Source of the DNA: an uncultured Chloroflexia bacterium
GTDB lineage: Bacteria; Chloroflexota; Limnocylindria; Limnocylindrales; CSP1-4
DNA length: 64,000 nucleotides
Assembly (NCBI GenBank): GCA_963712745.1
Contig: CAVQJC010000017.1
Coordinates: forward strand, 1 to 64,000
Reading direction: 5' to 3'
Shown: positions 22,270 through 33,259 of the stretch, piece after piece
Layout of the letters: each line of letters opens with the position of its first letter
Numbering within the stretch: position 1 is the first letter of the stretch
Notes under the pieces: model-generated
What the model was told of the DNA's origin: nothing
The model's input: only the letters and a program-made list of their open reading frames with translations
Database searches by the model: none
Translations under genes and position numbers: made by a program

Positions 22270-22448
22270 GCCTGATCCATCCGGTCAGACGCCTGGTCGT
22301 TCGACTTGCCGTGAGTGCGCCGCCCTATCTGGTCCTTGACTCTGATCTGCGTAGGCCGTCCGCCAAAGTTGGGTGGTGAGCCCCGATGACCCGCGGCGCT
22401 GCGACGCGTACGTTGGGGCTGCCAACCCCAACCTCACGGAGGAGATAG

Positions 22449-22700
22449 ATGGCCCTCTTCATGGATGTCCACACCGTCGAAGGTGGCGTTTCGGCCGCTG
22501 ACGTGGAAGAGGCACACCAAGCCGATCTTGCCACGCAAGGCACGTACGACGTGAGCTATCTGCGCTATTGGGTCGACGAAACCGGCGGCAAGATCTTCTG
22601 CCTTGTCGACGCCGCGAGCGCCGCCGACGCCGCGCGGGTCCACGGCGAGGCCCATGGGCTCGTCGCCGACGAGATCTACCCCGTTTCCGAACACATCTGA
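22449..22700 (+). CDS. DUF4242 family protein
   Basis: FMDVH...AHQADL...YWVDE.GKIFCL...HGEAHGLVADEI; GGAGG RBS. Confidence 0.85.
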   Translation: MALFMDVHTVEGGVSAADVEEAHQADLATQGTYDVSYLRYWVDETGGKIFCLVDAASAADAARVHGEAHGLVADEIYPVSEHI

Positions 22701-22741
22701 ACGCGCACGTTCACCAGGCTCGGGGGGAAGAGAGGTCGATC

Positions 22742-23269
22742 ATGAAGAAGCACGCAACCCTGACCATGACCACGTTGCTGCTGTCGCTGGCATTCGCGGC
22801 AGCCCCAGTCGCCGCCCAGGAGGACCGTTCCTGGACGGAACTGGACGACGTCCGCACCGCCACCGGCGCCTACCACTCCCTCGACGCCGCCATCGCCGAT
22901 GGCTTCGCGCCGTTCTCCGTCGAGGGCACGGAGACACCCACCTGCTTCGAGAACGAGGCTGGCGGCATGGGCATCCACTATGTCCGAAACATCGATGACA
23001 CCGTCTCGGCGACCGATCCTGAGGCGCTGGTCTACGAACTCACCCCGGACGGCGCCACGCGGCTCGTGGGCGTGGAGTACATCGTTCCACAGGAGTTCGT
23101 CGAGGACGAGAGCGGCAGCGTCGTGTCACTGCCAAGCGTGCTTGGACAGGACTTCCACAAGCACTCCTTCCTCCCGGTCTACATCCTCCATGCCTGGGTC
23201 TGGGAAGCGAACCCCAGCGGGGTGTACGCCGACTTCAACCCCAACGTGAGTGGCTGCCCGGCCATCTGA
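22742..23269 (+). CDS. Secreted hypothetical protein (MGIHY/LHAW motif family)
   Basis: Signal peptide; GGMGIHY, PEALVYE, GVEY, LHAWVWEANPSG. Confidence 0.7.
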   Translation: MKKHATLTMTTLLLSLAFAAAPVAAQEDRSWTELDDVRTATGAYHSLDAAIADGFAPFSVEGTETPTCFENEAGGMGIHYVRNIDDTVSATDPEALVYELTPDGATRLVGVEYIVPQEFVEDESGSVVSLPSVLGQDFHKHSFLPVYILHAWVWEANPSGVYADFNPNVSGCPAI

Positions 23270-23339
23270 AGGCCAGCCGGCTTCACGCCACCGCCCGCCC
23301 GGCCGACCGGGCGGGCCCCGAGGTCGTTCGCGCTGCCCA

Positions 23340-23900
23340 GAGTCCGCCGCTGGTTCCTCGCCGACCAGGAAACGGGCTCGAGCCTGAACGTCACCTTACA
23401 GTCGAGCCAGAAGGCAACGAGGTCATCGAGGATGAGCGCGGTCATGTCGGTAGGCCGCGGCTGGCAGAAGTAGAGCACCTTCGTCGCGAGGGCAGGCCCG
23501 AGTCCATCGAGCTTGCCGTCGTCCGTTCGCGCGAGCCGTCGATAGGCCGCCAGCGGTCCCTCGCCCGCCAAGGTTCGGACCGCGCGAACGAGCCGATCGG
23601 GGGCACCCGGCGTGGCCAGTGCTCGTCGCGTGCGGTAGGGACCGAAGCCGACGATGCCGTAGCCCCAGACCATGACCGTGACAAAGGCCACGGTCGCGGC
23701 CTCCGGATCGACGCTGGCGTCACGGCAAGCGCGCCGCACCGCCTCTCGGTCAAGGGCGTCGGGCAGGACGCGCACGACGTCGGCGTGCTCGGGGAAGGCG
23801 TCGAGCCAGCGCTGGCGTGGCCAGGTGGTCGGCGGCTGCGGCGCCGTCCCCCCGCCGCGCCAGGCGTCTATGAGCTCCCTGACGGCGGCGGGCACCGAAT
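23340..23900 (-). CDS. OGG-fold (8-oxoguanine glycosylase-like) protein, probably 3'-truncated
   Basis: VMVWGYG..GFGPYR, GLGPALATKVLYF, ALILD. Confidence 0.55.
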
Positions 23901-23973
23901 CGATCAGCGTCGAACAGGAGTCTGCCAGTCACCGCGCTGCGCGTTCGGTCGGGCACGCGACTTGCGTCCGATC

Positions 23974-24663
23974 CTATGTGCCGGGCCCGATGAACGCGTG
24001 AAATCGTCGACCGAAGTCCGTGAGCCGCACCGTGAGATTGGTGAGGCCTTCCCGACTGGCTGTACCGCTCGGATACGACTGGAGGATGTTGAGATCCGCC
24101 AGATCGCCCCATGCCATGCGCACCGCTTCCGAGTCGGCGTCAGGCATGACGTTCGCCAGGACGGTGTCGATGCCTCCCGCGTACAGGTCGGGCGGCGCAC
24201 CATCGGTCGTGGTGGCGACAACGCTGAGGAGTCGCAGATGCCCGGGTCGCAGCTGTTCGAGCGCGTCCAGCATCCGCCAGCGCTCGTCCTCGGCCGGCCT
24301 GGACGGCGTGGCGGCGTTCCCGAGAGCGGCGGCATAGTGCTCGCGTTTCTCCAGGTCGCGACGGCGGTCCGCTTTCTCGAGGACCTCCTCGGTGAGAGTC
24401 GCGGACTCCTCCGAACGCACGAACTCGTCGTCGATCCGCTCGCTCACCGCGTCGAGCTGACGGCCCAGCTCCTTTGGGACGCCTGCTGGCGCCGGGCGCG
24501 GTCACGGGGGATGTTGGAGATGAGTTCGGCGATGAAGCCACCGGCACCGGGGATGAGCTGGACGATGGCTCGGGAGGCGGCGAGGTTGGTGTCTTTGGTG
24601 CTCGTCTCGTCTGGGGCCTGTGCCGCCGCCTCAAGGCTTCCAGTGTGGCGTTCTTCGTCCATG
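23974..24663 (-). CDS. Hypothetical protein with winged-helix-like C-terminus; frameshift near 24450
   Basis: GAGGAGG RBS; AIVQLIPGAGGFIAEL N-terminus; LTDFGRRF end. Confidence 0.55.
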
Positions 24664-24717
24664 TCCTCCTCGTAGCGCTGGGCGATGGGCGCAGACCTTG
24701 CTGCTCGCCCCGACACG

Positions 24718-24790
24718 TGTCCCCGGGCGCCCATGTCAGCGCCATGTGGGTACCCCGGGTCAGCGCCGGGCTCAGTGCCGCCGCTGGCTG
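24718..24790 (-). repeat. Scaffold motif B copy 3 (partial) plus duplicated HNH 3' end
   Basis: gtccccgggcgcccatgtcagcgccatgtgggtaccccgggtcagcgccgggctcagtgccgccgctggct. Confidence 0.85.
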
Positions 24791-24806
24791 ATGGCTGGAG
24801 TCCGGG

Positions 24807-25814
24807 TCAGGCCTCGCCGAGTGCGGCGTGAATCGCCGGGATGATGGTGGAGCCGTAGGCCTCCAGCTGCAGCTCCTCATCCCCGCTCATGAGGTACAGG
24901 TTGAACTGGTCGACTCCGGCCTCGGCGAGCTCCTCGAGCCGCCGGACGTGCTCCTCGGGCGGGCCGACGATGGCGAAGCGGTCGACGATATCGTCCGCGA
25001 CGAAGTCCGCATTGGAAGAGCCGACCACGGCATGCTGGCCGTAGTCGTAGCCCTCGCGATCGCGGATGTAGCCGGTCAACGTGTCGGGCAGCTCCTCGCG
25101 CGGATACTTGTTCACCAGGTCGACGACATGGTTGGCGACCATGGCCGGGAACCAGCGCACCCGTTCGCGGCATTCTTCGATGGGCCCCACGTGCGCCGGA
25201 GCTGCGGCCTGGACCCGGATCGAGGCTGGGTCACGGCCGGCCTTCTCGGCTGCCTCATGCATCGTGCCGACCATCCAGCGGATGAGATCGGCATCGGCCA
25301 GCTGCAGGATCAGCCCGTCAGCGAGGCGGCCGGTCATCGCGAGCGCCATCGGTCCGTAGCCTGCGATCCATACCGGCAACTTCCACTTGCCCGTCCAGGT
25401 CAGCCCCAGGTCGGCCCCTTCGTACTCCGTCGTCCTGCCCTCGACGAGGTCACGGATGACGGTGATCGCTTGCTCGAGCGTCTTCATCGTCGTGGGCGGC
25501 CTGCCCAGCACGCGGACGGCATTGTCGCCACGGCCGATGCCCAGGTCCATGCGGCCACCCGAGATCTCGTCCAAGGTCGCGAGTGCGCTTGCGGTCACGC
25601 TCGGATCCCGCGTGGCCGGGTTCGTGACGCACGTGCCCAGACGCATGTCCGAGGTATTGAGCGCCATGACCGTGAGCAGGGGATAGACCTCCTTCCACAG
25701 CACATGGCCATCGAAGAGCCAGCCGTAAGCGAACCCGGCGGCTTCTGCCTGCTTCGTGAGCGCGACGGTGCGCTCGATGCTGAACAGCGGCTTGAGGGAG
25801 AATCCGAAGTCCAT
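24807..25814 (-). CDS. LLM-class flavin/F420-dependent oxidoreductase (TIGR03842-like)
   Basis: MDFGFSLKP, GTCVTNPATRD, GIGRGD, GVDQFNLYLM. Confidence 0.85.
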   Translation of the reverse strand: MDFGFSLKPLFSIERTVALTKQAEAAGFAYGWLFDGHVLWKEVYPLLTVMALNTSDMRLGTCVTNPATRDPSVTASALATLDEISGGRMDLGIGRGDNAVRVLGRPPTTMKTLEQAITVIRDLVEGRTTEYEGADLGLTWTGKWKLPVWIAGYGPMALAMTGRLADGLILQLADADLIRWMVGTMHEAAEKAGRDPASIRVQAAAPAHVGPIEECRERVRWFPAMVANHVVDLVNKYPREELPDTLTGYIRDREGYDYGQHAVVGSSNADFVADDIVDRFAIVGPPEEHVRRLEELAEAGVDQFNLYLMSGDEELQLEAYGSTIIPAIHAALGEA

Positions 25815-25846
25815 CGTCGGACAGCCTACACCCCGCGGATCACGCC

Positions 25847-26000
25847 TCACCGCCGCCGCTGACTCAATCCCCTGCGGGCGTTGCAGCTCGCGCAGAGCAC
25901 ACTCGGCCTCGCCGGTAGCGGCTCGCCACCGAGGACGAGCGGCACCGGATGGTCGGCCGCCAGCTCGCCGGGTCGCACCGGAGGCTCTCGGCGACCAGCT
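25847..26000 (-). pseudogene. HNH endonuclease, scaffold C copy 3, degraded 3' remnant
   Basis: tcaccgccgccgctgactca...gttgcagctcgcgcagagcac...gctcgccaccgaggacgagcgg matches 2724-2860. Confidence 0.8.
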
Positions 26001-26165
26001 CTATGACCCGGCTGGATGGCTGCCTGTGGCCAAGTGAGTACGGAGAAGAATCCGTATTGACTGCGGGCGCTGAAGCCCCATCATCTCGCAGCATCATCGG
26101 TCGCGCCGCGCGGTTCGTGCCGCACCATCGGCAGCGACCCGTCGGGGGAGGAGGTTGGTGTCTCC

Positions 26166-27020
26166 ATGAGGAGACGGATGCTTTCCCACGCGGTGGTGGC
26201 CGCATTCACTCTCGCCCTGACCAGTCAGACGTTGACCGCGGTCGCGCAGACTTCCGACGACTCGGTCATCGACGAGGTGTTCGACGTCGGAGGCCACGGG
26301 CTCTACCTGAACTGTCAGGGCAGTGGCTCGCCGACGATCGTCTACATGCACGGGTCGATCGAGGACCCGAGCATCACCCCTCACACGAATGGCATGTTCG
26401 CGCAGCGGGCGCTGGCCGACGAGTACCGTGTCTGTGTCTACGACCGGCGAAACCTGGGCGAGAGTGACACCGTCGATGCCCCACAGCTGCCTGAGGACGC
26501 CATCGCGGACATGCACGGCCTCCTCGCCACCGCAGGCGTCGAACCGCCATACGTGCTGCTGGGCGCCTCGTTCGGAGGGCTCCTTTCCGACCTCTACGCG
26601 CTCGCCTATCCCGACGAGGTCGTCGGCATGGTGCTCCTCGACTCGATGTTCCCCGACGAGCTGTCGCTCGATCCGCTCTTTCCACCCGAGGACCGCTACG
26701 AGGCCTTCGACGCCGAGGACGAGAACGAGGGCCTCGAACGGATCAGTCACTACAAGGCCATGAAGGCCGCGGCCGACCGGATCGGCGAAGAACCGGCCAT
26801 CCCGATCGTCTACCTCTCCTCGATCCCGGAGGGCTTCGATGTCAACGACTACGGCATCCCCGAGTACGACGAGCAGGTCCTCGACCTGCAGCGGGCCTTC
26901 GTCGAGCGGTTCTCACCCGGGACGTACCTGCGTGTCGACTCGCCCCACTTCATGGAGGCAGCCATCCCCGACCAGGTCGTCGAGGCTCTGAGGCAGGTCA
27001 TCGAGGAGGCTGGGTACTAG
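26166..27020 (+). CDS. Secreted alpha/beta hydrolase
   Basis: Signal peptide; YDRRNLGES, GASFGG nucleophile elbow, C-terminal His. Confidence 0.85.
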   Translation: MRRRMLSHAVVAAFTLALTSQTLTAVAQTSDDSVIDEVFDVGGHGLYLNCQGSGSPTIVYMHGSIEDPSITPHTNGMFAQRALADEYRVCVYDRRNLGESDTVDAPQLPEDAIADMHGLLATAGVEPPYVLLGASFGGLLSDLYALAYPDEVVGMVLLDSMFPDELSLDPLFPPEDRYEAFDAEDENEGLERISHYKAMKAAADRIGEEPAIPIVYLSSIPEGFDVNDYGIPEYDEQVLDLQRAFVERFSPGTYLRVDSPHFMEAAIPDQVVEALRQVIEEAGY

Positions 27021-27080
27021 GACCGCCATCATCTGCGACCGGGGCCGCCATCGCCGAACTCCCTCCACAGCGCCCGCCAG

Positions 27081-27818
27081 GTGGCTGCGCGCCTGCCGCT
27101 GGTCAGGCAGCAGAGTCGCTGGTGGCCGCTGCCGCTCATGCGGCGCACCCCGACCCCGATCCGCGCCACCGACACCATCGACAACCAGCCCAGTCCCATC
27201 CCGGCCACCAACGGCCATACCCCCACCATCATCGGGAGGACCAGATCTATCCTCAACCCAACCAAGGCCATCATCGCCGGTGCCCTCGCCTTCGCCATCG
27301 GCGGCGTGATGCTCGTCGCCCAACCCTTCCAGCAGCAGGCTGGCGTGCCGGGGGCGGCGACAGGCGACCGACCGGCAGCCACCGTCTCCGGCGACATGGA
27401 GTCCGTAGACGTGTTCATGGATGAAGTGGATGGAGAAGTCATCGATGGACTCCAGCAGGACCACTGGACGAACACAGGTCGCCTGGAGGTGAGCGATGAC
27501 CGCTTGACGGGCGACTTCACGGAGGAAGGAACGATGAACCGCTATCAGCCCTTTGCCGGCGAAGGTGTCGCCGAGGTCTGGTACGGGACGCTCCGCGTCG
27601 AGAACGATGGCGGGACCTGGGAGGGGACACACACCGGCTGTTCCAGTTGCGGCAACGCTGGTGACGGGCCGGACATCTCCTACGTCGAACTCGTCGGCAG
27701 CGGCGAATACGAGGGCCTGTCGGCCATCCTCTTCGTCGAGCAGCGACCGTGGGTCGGCTACAGCCCGCCCGCCTGGGTCAACGGAGTCATCATCCCAGGG
27801 GCCGTCCCTCCAGCGTAG
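27081..27818 (+). CDS. Orphan anti-sigma-like membrane protein, paralog of 14967 gene, 5'-truncated
   Basis: Shares QPSPIPATNGHTPTxIGRT linker, TM and RVENDGGTWEG...GEYEGL domain; no sigma upstream. Confidence 0.65.
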   Translation: MAARLPLVRQQSRWWPLPLMRRTPTPIRATDTIDNQPSPIPATNGHTPTIIGRTRSILNPTKAIIAGALAFAIGGVMLVAQPFQQQAGVPGAATGDRPAATVSGDMESVDVFMDEVDGEVIDGLQQDHWTNTGRLEVSDDRLTGDFTEEGTMNRYQPFAGEGVAEVWYGTLRVENDGGTWEGTHTGCSSCGNAGDGPDISYVELVGSGEYEGLSAILFVEQRPWVGYSPPAWVNGVIIPGAVPPA

Positions 27819-27819
27819 G

Positions 27820-27950
27820 GGCATGTTGAGGACCCCAGGACGGCGCACACCGCCCTGCTCCTACCCGATGGCAGCGTGTTCATCATCGGTAGCTACGACC
27901 AGGTGTCGGACCCGGTGCTCGGCACCGAGGTCTGCCACCCGGACCAGGGC
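27820..27950 (+). pseudogene. Single Kelch-repeat remnant
   Basis: AHTALLLPDGSVFIIG reading frame. Confidence 0.5.
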
Positions 27951-28000
27951 TGACCTGCCCGTGGTGCACCGGGCTCGTTGCGACACCGGCACGGGGTTGC

Positions 28001-28054
28001 CAGGTCGGCGTCAAGCGCGGGGTCGTGCGGATGTTCGGGAAGCCGCACGGATGT
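28001..28054 (-). repeat. Scaffold motif D copy 2
   Basis: 44/54 identity to 5312-5365; retains TTGACG but the -10 side has diverged. Confidence 0.75.
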
Positions 28055-28107
28055 GGGAGCGTCGGAGTTCCGCGCCAGGGACCTGGGGAGAATCCTGACC
28101 CTGGACT

Positions 28108-28141
28108 ATGCGTTTCGACCCCGCTCGAGCGTCATGATGGT
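28108..28141 (+). promoter_or_regulatory. Putative autoregulated ECF promoter, leaderless
   Basis: atgcgttt-N9-tcgagcgtcatgatggt directly before ATG, conserved at 33367-33400. Confidence 0.55.
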
Positions 28142-28687
28142 ATGAGCATCACCCGAGCGGAGGCCCCCATCGTGCTCGAGGCGATCGGAGACGACGCCTG
28201 GCAGACGGTCGTCGCCCTCGAACAAGCGGCAGGGCAGCGGCTGTACGGCTATGCCCTCCGCCTCGGGGTCGATGCCGGCCGAGCCGGCGACCTCGTACAA
28301 GAGAGCCTGCTGCGCCTCTGGCGCGAGCTGAGCCATGGGGCGGACATTCGCTCCCCGGAGGCTTGGACCTACCGCACGCTGTCGCGCCTGGCCATGGACG
28401 AGCACCGGCTCCACCGGCGCATCACCCGCCTGATCACGCGGCTGGGCGAGCGGGCGACACCGCAGGTCACGGAGGCGGACGCGACCGAGCGGGTCGCCGT
28501 CTGGAGCCAGGTCGACAGCCTGCCCGATCGACAGCGCCAGGTCATCTACCTGCGCTACCAGGCAGACCTCTCCTTCGATGAGATCGGCCAGGTCATGGAC
28601 ATCAGTCCCGGCGCGGCACGGAGCCACGCCACGACGGCATTGCGGACCCTACGGACCCGGCTCGACGTCGCCGGAGGTGACGAGTGA
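28142..28687 (+). CDS. ECF RNA polymerase sigma factor
   Basis: DLVQESLLRLW, LPDRQRQVIYLRYQADLSFDEIG. Confidence 0.9.
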   Translation: MSITRAEAPIVLEAIGDDAWQTVVALEQAAGQRLYGYALRLGVDAGRAGDLVQESLLRLWRELSHGADIRSPEAWTYRTLSRLAMDEHRLHRRITRLITRLGERATPQVTEADATERVAVWSQVDSLPDRQRQVIYLRYQADLSFDEIGQVMDISPGAARSHATTALRTLRTRLDVAGGDE

Positions 28688-31178
28688 TGGACGAACTGAC
28701 CCTCCAGCGCAGCCTGCACGAGCGGCCACCGGGCGATCCCCACTACCGGCTCCGATTGTCGGCCGAACCCGGGCCCGTCGCCGCTGCCACCAAGACCACC
28801 TCCTCGGCCACCGCCAGGACCCGACCGCTGCTGATCGCCGCTCGCCTGGTCGTGGCCGGTGCCATCGTGGCGCTCTTCGGCGGCTTCCTGCTGGCAGGAC
28901 TGCTGACGCAGCCGAGCGAGCGCGTCGCAGCACCCGCATCGTCGCCAACCGCGACCTGGACGCCTCCGCCCGAGCTCACCATGGAGGAGATCGCTCCGGG
29001 CGTGACACAGGCGACCCTCGCGGGCGTGGGCAGCTTCGAGGCAGCTAGCGCCCCACACGACTTCGCGTTCGACGCGCATGGCGACATGTGGCTGCTGTCC
29101 CCGGCCGGCTTGCAGCGGGTCGGGGACGATACCGCCCACCCCAGCCCTGGTCCGATGCCGTACGACCCGGACCTGAGCCTTGCACCCGACGGTGCCCTGT
29201 GGACCCTGGCCAACGACACGGTCGCCTCGTTCCGCGATGGAGCCTGGACCGAGGCCCCGCCGTTCCCCGGTGACACCGAAGACCCACCTGGTGCCCTGGA
29301 GGTCCTGCCCGACGGCACGGTCTGGGCACGCACCACCACCACGCTCGCTCGCCTCGACGGCGATGCCTGGACCGCCTATCGCATCACCGACGATGAGGGC
29401 CCCGTGCCCGACGCCGGATATGTCTTCCCGGGCGACCTAGCCTGGACGCCCGACGGCAGCCTCTGGGTCACCACGAACGGAGCCCGGAAGAGGAAGCGGG
29501 GCGGCCTCCTCCGCTTCGATGGGGAGGTGTTCCATCAGGTCGAGCCCCCGGTCCCGGTGGAGGGCTGGATCGGACCGCTGGTGAGCGGGCAAGACGGCGA
29601 GCTCTGGGCCTACCTTGACGCGGACCCGCCCAGGCTCGCCCGGTTCGACGGCACCGACTGGGAGTCGTCGGGCCGAGTCCCTCGGGATCCAACGGACGGG
29701 CTTCTGCTTCGGCAGGATGGTCGCTTCGCCCGATGGCCGCCTGTGGGCCATCGCTACGGACAAACCCTGTGCCGGTGACGTGCTCGGGGCCTACGACGGC
29801 GCGGCGTGGACGGGCGTGGGGGCGCTGCCGGAGTCCTGGCTGACCGAGTCAGCGAAGCTCCACATGGGACCCGACGGCAACCTCTGGGTCGAGCCCGTCC
29901 ACGGCCTGTTCCTCATCGCCACCCCTGAAGCCTTGGCGTCAATTGAGCCAGCCGACCAGTCGGTCGAGGAAGGCGAATCACCAGAGCAGGCCACCACCCC
30001 CGACCTCTTGCCGGGCGTGGACCTCACGACCGAGGAGGTCGAGCCGGGGGTCTACCGGGTGGATGGCGACGGCATCCGGTCTCTGTCCCGCCCGATGGGT
30101 TCGAGCCGCGTGGACGACGACATCCACCGCGGCATGGAGGGGAGCATCGTCGCTGGTCTCGATGGCTCTGTCTGGTGGTTCGGTCAGGATGGCTTCTTCC
30201 GCCTGGGCGAACCAGGGGTCCATGAATGGCCGGATGAGCGTCAGGACACCTTCTTCTATGGGCAACGGCATCAGTCCGAACAGCCTGAAGATCGATCTCG
30301 AGGTCGGACCGCATGGCATCGTCTGGCTCTCCCGCCATGGTTGGGGCGGGGTCGAGGGTGACGATCTCACGACCGTCTACGAAGACGAGATCTCGTCCTT
30401 CGATGGCGAGTCATGGTCGGTCCACCTGCAGCCGGACGGAGAGGTCGTCGGCGTCGAAGTCCTGCAGGACGGAGACGTCTGGGGGGCGTGGGTCTCCTCA
30501 TATGCGCCCCGACAGCAGGTCACGGTGGCCCGGCTCGGCGACGCGGGCTGGGAGCCACTCCCCGTGGTGCTGGGTGACGGAGGTGACCTGTCCATGGCAG
30601 CGTCAGGCGATGGTGGGATGGTGTGGCTGTTGCCCGGCGGCGGGCAACGCCTGCAACGCTACGACGGGACCGGCTGGGAGGAGCAGACGACCCCGGACGT
30701 CGGCGGCGAGATGGCAGCCGACGTGGCCCCCGATGGCACGCTCTGGGTCGGCCTGTCGCGCGACTGTGGTCCGGGGACGCCCGGGAACACGCCTGACGGT
30801 GGGTACTGCATCGGCGGGTACGACACGCTCGCGCGCTTCGATGGCACCGACTGGGAGGTCTTCGACGCCTCCGACGGTGTCCCGCCGACCGGCGGCCACC
30901 ACATGATGTTCTGGGGCTCCCTGGAGGCCGCCCCGGACGGCAGCGTCTGGTTCGACCCCACGGTGCCGCAGGATGAGGTCGTCGATACCGACTGTGACGG
31001 CGTGGCCAACCTCGATGGCAGTGCCGTGACTCGGTACCTGCGGGGCATGTGCATCTACGCCATGGACGTGGGGCCTGACGGTGACGTCTGGCTCCAGGCC
31101 GGTCAGCCGGGCGACGACGATCCGCTGCCCATCCACACCTACGTCATCACAGCCGATGCGGGGGTGGCCAGCGAGTGA
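28684..31178 (+). CDS. Large anti-sigma-like protein with TM and two propeller regions; frameshifts near 29670 and 30260
   Basis: ORFs 28684, 29615 and 29943 chain into continuous PDGxLW/RFDGxxW repeats. Confidence 0.7.
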
Positions 31179-31377
31179 CGAGCCAGCCATGCATAGGAGC
31201 GCGCGTGGAAGCGGCGGGCATCAGCGAGCGGGGGAGAGGGAGAACCAGCCGGGAGTAGCACGCACGACCGCCAGGGCGGACCGAGGCGCGACCAGCCATC
31301 GCGACTTCGGACGACCAGTCCAGTCTTCACCCCGGCCTCGAACGGCCGTTCCCCACCGTCACCGGAGGACCCCGTCC

Positions 31378-33259
31378 ATGCGCAGTCCAGTCAAGGCCAT
31401 CGCCGCCGGAACGCTCGTCACCGCCATCGGAGGCGTGATGCTCGTCGCTCAGCCCTTTCAGCCACAGGGCAGCGTGCTCGCGGCGGATCCCGACGTCGGA
31501 TGGGCAGAGTCGGTGCCGTTCACCATGAGCTTCTCCTGGAGGGACCCGAGCGTGCGGTCCGCCGTGACGAGGACCGAGGACGGGCTCACCAGGTCGACCG
31601 GCGAGTGCTGGGTACCGGCGATCGTCGCCCCGAGCGACCCCAGGATGGATAGGCACCCTGGAGTACTGCGGCAGCGAGCACGTCTACGGAGCGGACCGGG
31701 AGGCGGACACGGTCGTGTGGAGCGAGACCTACCGCATCGTCAACGACGAGGGTGCGTGGCAGGGCAGCAGCCTCGGTGCCGCCTGGGACGACCCCGGCTC
31801 CGAGCGGATCGACATCGGGGGCCAGCCCCTCATCCTTGCCGGAGAGGGAGCCTATGACGGGCTCTTCGCTGCCCTGACCTTCGTGGACGGATGGTCCGAC
31901 ATCCGTGGGGTCATCTTCGAGGGGGCGCCTCCCGCCGACGTCGTCCCTCCGTCCGCCGGGTCGATGGGACTGGTCACCGAGCAGGTCGAGCCCGGCGTCG
32001 AGCGCATCGTCAGCGACAGCGCGGGGCACGACCTCGACGCGACCCACCCCACGTACCGCTACGACATGGACGACATCTTCGTCCTGCCCGACGGCACCGT
32101 CTGGCTCTCGAGCACCTACAGCCGCGAGGACAACGACGCCAACCCCGGAGCCGGTGCGCTGACCTGGGCCCTGGGACGGTCGGACGCCTTCCAGTATTCC
32201 GCTGACAGCCCCAGTTGCGGCACCGAGGGGATGGGCGTGTCGTGTTGGGACCCGGTCGCCGTGCGGGAGGTCACCTACCTCGCGGGCACGCCCATCAACG
32301 CGGTCGCGGTCGCGCCCGACGGCACGATCTGGGCCGTGGGCGGCTACGACGGCGACAACGGTGGCCTCTACCGCATCACGCCAGCCTGGCTCGAGCCTGT
32401 CACCGACACCGTCGCGGCGGCCCCGACCTTCACCGAGCTGCGCGTAGCCGACGTCACCGAGGTCGACGAGCGCACCCGTGACCTGACCATCGAGTCCCCC
32501 TCAGTGGGCGAGGCCACGGTCCGCCTGCTGTTGCCGACGGGCTTCGACGAGGGCGCCGACCGGACGTACCCGGTGCTCTACCTCCTCCACGGCGCCACGG
32601 GTGACCACACCAACTGGACCACGGAATCCGACCTGGCCGAGTTGACCGCCGATCTCGACCTGCTCGTGGTCATGCCCGACGGCGGCTCCGACGGCTGGTA
32701 CTCGGACTGGTGGAACGAGGGCGAGGGCGGCGTGCCGGCCTGGGAGACGTTCCACCTCGACGAGGTTCGCGAGATCATCGAGCGTGACTGGCAGGCCGGG
32801 GAGGAGCGTTCCATCGCCGGGCTCTCGATGGGCGGCTACGGCGCGATGCACTACGCCACCGCCCATCCCGAGCTCTTCGCGGCGGTCGCCTCCTTCAGCG
32901 GCGTCGTCGATCCCGTCGGCGGTGGCTTCCGGGGGGACTACCGGCTGTGGGGCGATCCCCTCGAGCAGGCCGACGTCTGGGCCGCGCACGACCCGGTGGC
33001 CATGGCCGAGGCCTTCGCCGACAAGCCCGTCTACCTCTCGTGGGGTGATGGCCAGCCCGGCCCGCTCGACCCCGAAGGCGCTGGCCCCGACGACCTCGAG
33101 GCCTGGGTGGCCCCGCAGAACGAGGCGCTCGCGGCCAGGCTCGCGGAGCTGGGTATCGACGCGACCATCGAGTCCGGCTCGGGCACGCACACCTGGCCCT
33201 ACTGGGAGCAGGGCCTCCACCACGCCCTGCCGATGCTGCTCGACGCGCTCGAGCGCTGA
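31378..33259 (+). CDS. Mosaic exported protein: TM + beta domain + short propeller + antigen-85-like esterase; frameshift near 31650
   Basis: SPVKAIAAG...MLVAQPF anchor; YPVLYLLHG, VVMPDGG, IAGLSMGGYGA, GTHTWPYW. Confidence 0.75.

Noticed and set aside
17899-25866. Classical integron with attC sites
   Set aside because: No tyrosine recombinase in the window, no RYYYAAC/GTTRRRY-bounded hairpins seen, and cargo orientation varies
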